A stretch of DNA of 64,000 nucleotides from Candidatus Zhuqueibacterota bacterium (GTDB lineage: Bacteria > Zhuqueibacterota > Zhuqueibacteria > Thermofontimicrobiales > Thermofontimicrobiaceae), in contig JBMOPW010000034.1 in the NCBI GenBank assembly GCA_049322915.1, positions 160,001 through 224,000 of the forward strand, read 5' to 3'. Positions 1 to 8,017 of this stretch are shown in pieces (position 1 is the first letter of the stretch; each line of letters starts with the position of its first letter). Under the pieces are notes generated by a model that had not been told where the DNA came from, did not search any database, and saw nothing but the letters and a program-made list of their open reading frames with translations. The position numbers and the translations under genes were made by a program.

Positions 1-980
1 TTCGACGCTATTTCAACAGCATAGGGCAGCGTGACATTTGTCAGCGCAATTGTCGATGTTTTGGGAACTGCGCCTGGCATGTTGGCAACGCCGTAATGAA
101 TAATGCCATCGACTTCGTATGTCGGTTCCGCATGGGTTGTCGCATGAATCGTTTCCACGCAGCCACCTTGATCGACAGCCACATCGACGATCACCGAGCC
201 TTTTTTCATCATCTTCAGCATATCCCGCGTGATGAGGTGCGGAGCTTTGGCACCCGGAATCAGCACGGCGCCAACCACCAGATCGGCGTCGCGAATTTGA
301 TCGCGAACGTTGGCCGGCGTGGACATGATGGTTGTGACGTTCAACGGCAGCACGTGATTCAAATATCTCAAGCGATCGATATTGATATCCAGAATGACCA
401 CATTGGCGCCCAGTCCGGCTGCCATTTGGGCTGCGTTTGTACCGACAATACCGCCGCCAATGATGACAACTTTCGCTGGGGCAACGCCAGTGACGCCGCC
501 CAATAAAATGCCATGACCACCAAACGTTTTCTCCAGGCAACGCGCGCCGGCCTGAATAGCAAGACGTCCGGCAACTTCACTCATCGGATTCAACAACGGC
601 AAGCTTCTATCAGCCTTTTCAATGGTTTCGTACGCGATGGCAATACATTTGGACTTAATGATGCCTTCAGTCAATTCTTTCGAAGCGGCAAAATGGAAAT
701 AGGTGAAAATGATCTGGCCTTTTTTGATCATGGCTATTTCTTGCGGCTGCGGCTCTTTTACTTTCATAATCATATCTGATTTTTCAAACACTTCTTTTGC
801 AGTTGCGACGATCTCCGCCCCGGCTTTGATATAAGCTTCGTTTTCAAAACCGCTACCAAGACCAGCATTCTTTTCGACTAGAACTTTGTGTCCGTGGTGT
901 TTCAGAATTTCAGCACCGGAAGGTTGTAGTGCTACACGATTCTCATTCGCCTTAATTTCCTTAGGAACTCCAATGATCAT
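1..980 (-). CDS. ald: Alanine dehydrogenase, 3' end runs off the window
   Basis: Not in the ORF track. Reading minus from ATG at 980 gives MIIGVPKEIKANENRVALQPSGAEILKHHGHKVLVEKNAGLGSGF..., the typical AlaDH N-terminus. Confidence 0.93.
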   Translation of the reverse strand, partial: MIIGVPKEIKANENRVALQPSGAEILKHHGHKVLVEKNAGLGSGFENEAYIKAGAEIVATAKEVFEKSDMIMKVKEPQPQEIAMIKKGQIIFTYFHFAASKELTEGIIKSKCIAIAYETIEKADRSLPLLNPMSEVAGRLAIQAGARCLEKTFGGHGILLGGVTGVAPAKVVIIGGGIVGTNAAQMAAGLGANVVILDINIDRLRYLNHVLPLNVTTIMSTPANVRDQIRDADLVVGAVLIPGAKAPHLITRDMLKMMKKGSVIVDVAVDQGGCVETIHATTHAEPTYEVDGIIHYGVANMPGAVPKTSTIALTNVTLPYAVEIAS

Positions 981-1034
981 TTAAGATCCCTCCTATTTTA
1001 GGTTTATTTTAGAATTAAAGTGGTGAATCAAGAG

Positions 1035-2270
1035 TTATGATTCTGGATTTAGATATGTAAGGTAGAACTTGTCATCTTTAAAAAGATTTTCTGATATCTG
1101 CCGAACCTGTTCAGCGGTGATGGCGTTGATATTGCGAATGACATCTTCATACGAATTGAAATGGTCCAGATACATTTGCATCTCAGCCAACCGATTCATG
1201 CGGGTGAAGGTGTTCTCCAGACTGAGAATGAAACTCCCCTTCAACTGTTGCTTGATTTTTATCAGTTCATCTTCGGTTATTTTATCATTAAAAAGGGTAA
1301 TAAATTCCCGCTTGATCAAATCGATCGCCTTGTTAAAGCTTTCTTTATCGGTCTCAAGATAAACGCCAAACACCCCGGTATCAAAAAACAAATCATTAAA
1401 ACTGAAAACTGTATAGGCTAATCCGTGCTCCTCGCGTATTTTCTGAAAAAGCCGGGAACTCATTCCTCCGCCCAGGAGCATATGAACCACCATAAGCGGA
1501 TAACGTTGTGGGCTGTTATATTGAATGCCCCGAGTTCCCATGCAGATATGGGCTTGCGAGCAGGCATAATCGATTTTATGATGATGTGCAGAACCCAACT
1601 TCGCCGGCAGGAACCGACGCGCCGAATTTTTCCCGATATTTCGAAATGCACGGGATACAAGATCGACCAATTCCTGGTGATTCACATTTCCAGATGCGGT
1701 GATGAGCATACGGTCGGATGTGTAATTATTATCGACAAAGTCAATCAGTTCATCACGCGAAAAATTCTTTACATTTTCCAGCGTGCCATATATATTGTAA
1801 CCCAGCGGGTGCTTTTCAAAAATATCATTGTAGAAAAACTCAAATATCACCTCTTCGGGAGTATCCTGATAATGATAAATTTCCTGCTGAATGACATCTT
1901 TTTCTTTGGCTATTTCCGCTTCTTCGAACAGTGAATTCTGAATGATATCGGATAGAACATCAACGGCCAAAGGAAGATGCTCATCTAAAAAATGAGCGGA
2001 ATAACACGTCACCTCTTTGGCCGTGAATGCATCCAGACTACCTCCGACATATTCCATGCTCTCAGCGATTTGTTTCGTGGTACGGTTAACTGTGCCCTTA
2101 AAAAGTATGTGTTCAACGAAATGAGAAATTCCATTGTTCGACTCACTTTCGTCGCGCGCACCCACCTGCACCCAGACGCCAAGAGCAATTGATTTTATCC
2201 CCGATATCTTCTCGGTGATGATTTTCAAACCATTCGGAAGTTCGGTCTTCTGGAAATTAAATTCTAACAT
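1035..2270 (-). CDS. M16 (pitrilysin) family zinc peptidase
   Basis: HxxEH motif (SHFVEH), LPNGLKII N-terminus and GGGMSSRLFQKIREEHGLAY motif; commonly downstream of pnp. Confidence 0.93.
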   Translation of the reverse strand: MLEFNFQKTELPNGLKIITEKISGIKSIALGVWVQVGARDESESNNGISHFVEHILFKGTVNRTTKQIAESMEYVGGSLDAFTAKEVTCYSAHFLDEHLPLAVDVLSDIIQNSLFEEAEIAKEKDVIQQEIYHYQDTPEEVIFEFFYNDIFEKHPLGYNIYGTLENVKNFSRDELIDFVDNNYTSDRMLITASGNVNHQELVDLVSRAFRNIGKNSARRFLPAKLGSAHHHKIDYACSQAHICMGTRGIQYNSPQRYPLMVVHMLLGGGMSSRLFQKIREEHGLAYTVFSFNDLFFDTGVFGVYLETDKESFNKAIDLIKREFITLFNDKITEDELIKIKQQLKGSFILSLENTFTRMNRLAEMQMYLDHFNSYEDVIRNINAITAEQVRQISENLFKDDKFYLTYLNPES

Positions 2271-2330
2271 AATTTTTCAATATATTAGTCAACGCAAGTA
2301 ACAATTCAGGGATGGCCATCATTTCCTGGA

Positions 2331-4418
2331 CTACTTTGTTTTGCCTTCAAGCAGGACTTTTCGGCTCAGGTCAAGTTTACCCTGTTCATCGACTTTCAGC
2401 AACTTCACTTCAACCTCATCTCCAACTTTAAGTACATCTTCGACTCGATTGACGCGCGTCAGTTCGATCTGAGAGATATGAAGTAATCCTTCTTTTCCCG
2501 GCAGGATTTCGACAAAGGCGCCAAAGTTCATAATCTTTTTTACTTTACCTTTGTAAATTTTCCCAACTTCGGGCTGCTCGACAATGGCCTCGATCATTCG
2601 TTTTGCGCGCTCGCCATTCTCAGGATTGACAGATGCAATCGTCACGATGCCTTCATCGCTGATGTCAATAGCAGTCTCGGTTTTCTCGATGATGTCGCGG
2701 ATGTTTTTGCCACCCGGACCGATGATCATTCCGATGAACTCCACATCTACCCTCAGGGACAGAATTCGCGGTGCATAGCTCGAAAGCTCGGCGCGAGGTT
2801 TGCCCAGAGTTTCATTCATGAGGCCGAGAATATGGAGTCTGCCTGTTTTTGCCTGCTCCAGCGCTTCGCGAAGGATGTCAAGAGAAATTCCCTTGATTTT
2901 AATATCCATCTGAAACGACGTAATTCCATTGGCGGTACCGGCAACCTTGAAATCCATATCACCCAGGTGATCTTCATCGCCAAGAATATCGCTCAAAATG
3001 ACGTACCGATCGTCTTCTTTCACAAGTCCCATGGCAATTCCGGACACTGCATCTTTCGTGGGAACGCCGGCATCCATGAGCGACAATGAACTGGCGCAGA
3101 CAGTGGCCATGGACGAAGAACCGTTCGATTCCAGCACATCGGAGACGACGCGGATGGTGTAAGGGAAAACTGTATCAATGGGAATCACATTTTTGATCGC
3201 ACGCTCGGCCAGATTGCCGTGACCGATTTCGCGACGACTCGTTCCGCGCATGGGTTTCACTTCGCCCACGCTGAACGGCGGGAAGTTATAATGCAGCATA
3301 TAGCTCTTGAAAAATTCACCTTCCAATTCATCCATTCGCTGCTCGTCCATTTTTGTGCCGAGCGTTGTAACGGCCAGCGCCTGAGTTTGTCCCCGCGTGA
3401 ACAGGGCTGAACCATGGGTTCGCGGCAATAAGCCCACTTCGCAGGTGATGGGCCGAATTTCTTGCGGCGTTCGTCCATCCAGCCGTTTGTTTTTCTCAAG
3501 AATCATGGCGCGGACCAGTTTTTTCTCGGTCTCCTCAATTTCCTGGCGAATAACAGAGCCAGCATCAGGATACGTTTCCTCGTTTGCAGCTAACAGTTCA
3601 TCATAGAGCTCGGCTATCGCATTACCCCGTTCGGCTTTGTCGGTGATTTTGATGATTTCATGGATTCGCGATTGAATGACCGGTCGAATCTCGTCGTACA
3701 GGGCTTCGTCGATTTCTTTAACGATCACTTCTTTCTTGGCGCGGCCGCATTCTTTTACAAGCTCGTTCACCATTGCGATGATTTGCTTGATGTGGGTATG
3801 GCCGAATTCAAGCGCTTCGATCATGGTGTTCTCGGAAATTTCGCGAGCCTCGCCTTCGACCATCAGAATCGACTCTTCATTTCCGGCGATGACCAACTCG
3901 ACGCTACTTTCGTCGACTTCCGCAAATGTGGGGTTCACAATGAACTCGCCATCGATTAATCCAACGCGCACAGCCGCCACAGCGCCCAGAAATGGGATAT
4001 CCGAAATAGCTAGTGCTGTCGAAGCGCCGATTAGGCCGAGCACATCCGGGTCATTCTCTTTATCCGCCGATAGAACAGATACAATGATCTGCACTTCATT
4101 TCTATACCCATCGGGAAACAGGGGGCGAATTGGCCGATCGATAATTCGCGCGCTGAGAATTTCGTTGTCACTGGGTCGGCCTTCTCGTTTAATATAACCG
4201 CCAGGAATTTTTCCAGCAGCGTAGGCCTTTTCACGATATTCCACACTCAGCGGAAAAAAATCGGAATGCTGTGCCGGTTTCCTCGTAGCCACAGCTGTGG
4301 CCAGAACAACTGTATCGCCATATTGAACGACCGTTGCGCCGTTCGCCTGTTTTGCAACCTTCCCCGTTTCAATTGAAAGGGTCTTTCCGTTTAATGTCAA
4401 TTCTTTTTTATAAATCAT
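2331..4418 (-). CDS. pnp: Polyribonucleotide nucleotidyltransferase (PNPase)
   Basis: Two RNase PH domains (RTHGSALFTRGQTQAL, SNGSSSMATVCA, GDMDFKVAGT) followed by KH and S1 domains. Confidence 0.99.
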   Translation of the reverse strand: MIYKKELTLNGKTLSIETGKVAKQANGATVVQYGDTVVLATAVATRKPAQHSDFFPLSVEYREKAYAAGKIPGGYIKREGRPSDNEILSARIIDRPIRPLFPDGYRNEVQIIVSVLSADKENDPDVLGLIGASTALAISDIPFLGAVAAVRVGLIDGEFIVNPTFAEVDESSVELVIAGNEESILMVEGEAREISENTMIEALEFGHTHIKQIIAMVNELVKECGRAKKEVIVKEIDEALYDEIRPVIQSRIHEIIKITDKAERGNAIAELYDELLAANEETYPDAGSVIRQEIEETEKKLVRAMILEKNKRLDGRTPQEIRPITCEVGLLPRTHGSALFTRGQTQALAVTTLGTKMDEQRMDELEGEFFKSYMLHYNFPPFSVGEVKPMRGTSRREIGHGNLAERAIKNVIPIDTVFPYTIRVVSDVLESNGSSSMATVCASSLSLMDAGVPTKDAVSGIAMGLVKEDDRYVILSDILGDEDHLGDMDFKVAGTANGITSFQMDIKIKGISLDILREALEQAKTGRLHILGLMNETLGKPRAELSSYAPRILSLRVDVEFIGMIIGPGGKNIRDIIEKTETAIDISDEGIVTIASVNPENGERAKRMIEAIVEQPEVGKIYKGKVKKIMNFGAFVEILPGKEGLLHISQIELTRVNRVEDVLKVGDEVEVKLLKVDEQGKLDLSRKVLLEGKTK

Positions 4419-4527
4419 GAATTCACGTCCTTAAGTTTGCTGATTCATTACATGTTTCAAACTGAATAAACTCATCTGAATCGATAACAAGTTTATTTTC
4501 AATAGTTAGTTTTTATGTGTATATATT

Positions 4528-5401
4528 ATTTGTTGTCTGGTCATGCATCAGAATATCACCCGATGATTGAACCGCACACAACCCTGTGAATACGGTTTTC
4601 GTTATGATCAAAGTGTCTTTGGGGGCATTGAGGCCATAAACGCTGAACAGTGGCTCTGGTGGTTGTTTCGAATAATTGCATGAAGTAGTCCTATCCTTTG
4701 CACCGGATAAATACTTACCCGGCGCTGAAATTCCTTCCTCAAAGTGACGCCAGAGAATGTGAGAAAAATTACGACCAGTACTGCCTGGTTGAGAGGGAAG
4801 GACTGCATTAAAAAAGTCTCAGGGCACATCCCTTTCGGGGGAGTGTCGCTGTAATTTCATCCATAAATCTCATGTCCGATGCTGAATCTCATCGGGAACC
4901 CCAGCACACCTCGCATTGTGGGGTAGTTTCTTTTTCTGACAATGCCGAAAGTCCGTGTTTACTCGCCTGAACATTTTGCGGCGAACGGAAATCCTTTCAT
5001 GGCGCAGCTACATTGAGGTGACTCCCTCTTCCAGCCTGGTTCAGTAATCCTGAACTTCATCTCTCAGGGGTCAATGCTTTGATCGACGTAAGAAGCGCTA
5101 CTGGAGAAAAGAGTCATCTCAATTTTCTATGATGGATTTTCAGTAAGTGACCAGATTATTCCGATCAATCGGTAAATTCAAGATGATCATTAATTAGCCA
5201 GCCTGACTGTTCCATTTGAGGCGGATAAAAAGGCCAAATTCACACACTATTTCTTTACCGGGCCTTGAGCTAATTCACCCGGCATCGTCATAGTTTAACC
5301 GCCTGACGCATTCCGAAGTCGCACGAAATTCGTTCGACCTGGAAAAATTATCTTATCATTCCTGAATCTTCATGAATAACAAATTTTTCGGTCATGCATC
5401 A
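4528..5401 (+). ncRNA. Candidate large structured non-coding RNA (~860 nt), family not recognised
   Basis: No convincing ORF. Many mutually compatible nested helices, paired ends (4528-4545 with 5371-5384), G-U pairs mostly favouring the + strand, and a 12-bp direct repeat GGTCATGCATCA at 4539 and 5390. Confidence 0.65.
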
Positions 5402-5418
5402 ACCCGCTGTATTTCTGG

Positions 5419-5694
5419 CTACCGACGAATTCCAAGTTGCTCGATGAGATTGCGGTACCCATTTAAATCCGTATTTTGCAGGTATCGCAACAGTCGTCGT
5501 CGCTGACCAACGAGTTGCAGCAAGCCCCGCCGGGAATGATGATCTTTGGGATTCACTTTGCAATGCTCGGATAGCTCGGTGATTCGTTTCGTCAAAAGAG
5601 CAACCTGACTTTTGGTGTTGCCAGAATCCATTTCATTGTTACCAAATTTTTTGAAGATTTCAATCTTGTTTTCTTTTGTGAGTGGCATTTGCAT
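5419..5694 (-). CDS. rpsO: 30S ribosomal protein S15
   Basis: DSGNTKSQVALLT...KDHHSRRGLLQLVGQRRRLLRYL signature. Confidence 0.99.
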   Translation of the reverse strand: MQMPLTKENKIEIFKKFGNNEMDSGNTKSQVALLTKRITELSEHCKVNPKDHHSRRGLLQLVGQRRRLLRYLQNTDLNGYRNLIEQLGIRR

Positions 5695-5707
5695 CTCCTC
5701 ATTAGCA

Positions 5708-6640
5708 TTAATTATTCAGTAATTCTAAAGTCTGTTTTTTATCAAGTTCTATTTGTGCAATCAATTTTTCGGCGCCTTCGAATTTCAAATCATCCCGAAT
5801 TCGATTCTTCAATTCGATCGTAATGGATTCACCATAGATATCTTCGTCAAAATCAAAAATGTACATTTCGATCGATACCTGATGATTTGAAAACGTGGGC
5901 CTGGTTCCGATGTATAAAACTCCGCGTAGTTTCCGCTGCCCCAGATAGGCCCATGCAGCATAGATACCGCTTTTCGGGATGAGCTTTTCTTCTGACCACG
6001 GTAAAATATTCGCTGTCGGGACGCGCATGGTTCGGCCTCTTCCCTCTCCGTGTATCACTTTCCCTGAGATCTGGTAATTCCGCCCCATGTACTGGGCCGC
6101 GGTTTCAATATCGCCGTTCAAAATCAATTTTCTGATCTGCGTGCTGCTGATGACGACATCCCCAGATCGAAACGGCAGAACCGCAGAAATCTGGTAATTG
6201 AACCGATGGCGCAACTGCTCCAGCACCTGTTGGTTTCCGTCACGATTTTTTCCAAACGCGTGATCGTATCCAATGATGATGTATTTGAAACCGATTTTGG
6301 CGATCAGAATTTTTTCGATGAATTCCAAAGAACTTAGTTGTGAAAATTCCGGAGTGAATGGGATCACAATCAAGCGATCGATACCAAGTTTCTCAAGAAT
6401 TGCAATTTTTTCATCGATCAATGTCAGCAGTTTGAGCCCATTTGTTCGCTTCGGCTGAATGACAAACTGAGGATGCGGTTCGAAAGTCACAATGGTTGTG
6501 CAACACCCATACTCTTCCGCTTTCTCTTTCAGCGTTCGAATGATAGATTGATGACCTAAATGCACTCCGTCGAATGTGCCAATAGTAATGACACAATTAC
6601 TATTCTGTTGCAGCGAACCTAAATCGTTGAATATTTCCAT
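5708..6640 (-). CDS. ribF: Bifunctional riboflavin kinase / FAD synthetase
   Basis: TIGTFDGVHLGHQ, ISSTQIR, GRGRTMRVPTAN and GTRPTF motifs; conserved synteny. Confidence 0.97.
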   Translation of the reverse strand: MEIFNDLGSLQQNSNCVITIGTFDGVHLGHQSIIRTLKEKAEEYGCCTTIVTFEPHPQFVIQPKRTNGLKLLTLIDEKIAILEKLGIDRLIVIPFTPEFSQLSSLEFIEKILIAKIGFKYIIIGYDHAFGKNRDGNQQVLEQLRHRFNYQISAVLPFRSGDVVISSTQIRKLILNGDIETAAQYMGRNYQISGKVIHGEGRGRTMRVPTANILPWSEEKLIPKSGIYAAWAYLGQRKLRGVLYIGTRPTFSNHQVSIEMYIFDFDEDIYGESITIELKNRIRDDLKFEGAEKLIAQIELDKKQTLELLNN

Positions 6641-6663
6641 GCCAGATTAACAAACCGCCAATA

Positions 6664-7353
6664 TCATTCTTGATGATTTTCTAATAATTGTTTGAATCGC
6701 TCCAGATCAATTGAATCTTCGATGCAATAATCCCCAATCCTGGTTCGCACCAGCGACTGAAGATGAGCGCCACAGCCCAAATCATTCCCGATGTCCCGCG
6801 CCAGAGCGCGAATGTACGTTCCCTTGGAGCACTTCACGCAGATCGTGATTAGATTTTCATGAAACGAGATCAGGTCGATCGATTCGATGTGCACCTGTTT
6901 GGGAACACGGTCGATGATGCGCCCTTTCCGCGCCAGATGATACAACCTCTCCCCTGCCACTTTTTTGGCGGAAAACATGGGAGGTATCTGTAGCACATCC
7001 CCGACGAATTTTTCCAGCGATTGGACAATGTCATTGCCGGACAGTTGAGGCACTGCGGCATTTCTGACGATTGCCCCGGTGGCATCATCCGTTTCAGTCT
7101 GAATTCCCAGCCGGAGAATCCCAATATATTCTTTGGGCAACGACATCAATTCAGATACCTGTTTGGTCGCCTTACCGGTGCAGAGAAGCAACACCCCTTC
7201 TGCAAAAGGATCCAACGTGCCGGCATGCCCGACCTTGGTCTGAATTAAATAATGAATTTTTCTTACATACCAGAACGAACTTTTCCCCACCGGTTTATGG
7301 AAATTGACAATGGCGCCGGCAGCAAAATCGTATTCAGTGTGAAGCCATTTCAT
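6664..7353 (-). CDS. truB: tRNA pseudouridine(55) synthase
   Basis: KVGHAGTLDPFAEG, QIPPMFSAKK and CSKGTYIRALARD motifs. Confidence 0.97.
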   Translation of the reverse strand: MKWLHTEYDFAAGAIVNFHKPVGKSSFWYVRKIHYLIQTKVGHAGTLDPFAEGVLLLCTGKATKQVSELMSLPKEYIGILRLGIQTETDDATGAIVRNAAVPQLSGNDIVQSLEKFVGDVLQIPPMFSAKKVAGERLYHLARKGRIIDRVPKQVHIESIDLISFHENLITICVKCSKGTYIRALARDIGNDLGCGAHLQSLVRTRIGDYCIEDSIDLERFKQLLENHQE

Positions 7354-7703
7354 TCAGTGGGACTTTTTTTAATTTGTTCTAATAGTGAATCGATATGTGC
7401 GGCATAATCCAGCCCTGAATCGTAATAAAACAACAGGTCAGGGACGTAGCGCAATTCCATCAGGCTCCCAATTTCAGCTCGTAAAAACTTCTTCGCGTTT
7501 TCCAATCCTTCTTTCGCGTGAACTTTATCTTCCTCGGTTCCAAGTGCGCGATAGTAAATTTTGGCAATCTTCAAATCGTCCGACACTATGACCGAGGTAA
7601 TCGAGACATTTTTGATACGCGGATCCCGCATCTTCAACGAAATAATTTCGCTGAGTATTCTTTTCAACTGCTCAGAAACGCGTAATGATCGTTTTACTTT
7701 CAT
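7350..7703 (-). CDS. rbfA: Ribosome-binding factor A
   Basis: RSLRVSEQLKR...DPRI...VSDDLKIAKIY...LRYVPDLLFYYD; position after infB. Confidence 0.96.
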   Translation of the reverse strand: MKVKRSLRVSEQLKRILSEIISLKMRDPRIKNVSITSVIVSDDLKIAKIYYRALGTEEDKVHAKEGLENAKKFLRAEIGSLMELRYVPDLLFYYDSGLDYAAHIDSLLEQIKKSPTE

Positions 7704-7714
7704 GATTCCAGTTC

Positions 7715-7996
7715 TTACAATATTTCAATCGAAACGTCAACCACCTCAACTCTAAAATCATTCTCGATAAAGCTGATGATTTTGTTCAGGGTGCTGTCGA
7801 CGATCTTTTTATCGTTGGAAACAGTCGCCACGCCGAGCGTCGATCGCTGCCATTTATCATTATTCTCTACTTCAGCGATGGAGACATTGAACTTATTCTG
7901 TATCTTTGTCTTCAGACTTTTCAGCACAAATCGCTTGGCTTTCAGCGATTCGCTTTCAGGGATGAATAATTCAATCTGGCAGATACCGACGAACAT
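7715..7996 (-). CDS. DUF503 (YlxP-like) protein
   Basis: SLKAKRFVLKSLKTKIQNKFNVSIAEV...DKWQRSTLG; typical location between infB and rbfA. Confidence 0.92.
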   Translation of the reverse strand: MFVGICQIELFIPESESLKAKRFVLKSLKTKIQNKFNVSIAEVENNDKWQRSTLGVATVSNDKKIVDSTLNKIISFIENDFRVEVVDVSIEIL

Positions 7997-8017
7997 ACCG
8001 CATCCGGCGTTTGATGA

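Noticed and set aside
13..779. ORF-track calls in the first 800 bp
   Set aside because: Shadow frames of ald, which the track missed because its stop is outside the window.
4541..4600. Group II intron domain V/VI look-alike on the minus strand (AACCGUAU...GCGGUUC, then a hairpin ending AC)
   Set aside because: The triad would be AAC rather than AGC/CGC, the bulge is on the wrong side, and there is no GUGYG 5' end. These two hairpins do favour the minus strand, so the strand call for the ncRNA is not certain.
4608..4829. 73-aa minus-strand ORF in the rpsO-pnp gap
   Set aside because: No recognisable protein features; it lies within the structured region.
4885..5120. Group I intron P/Q/R/S-like words (TCGGGAA, AATGCCGA, GACTC/GAGTC)
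   Set aside because: No P3 pairing found, the words are better explained by other helices, and no host gene is interrupted.
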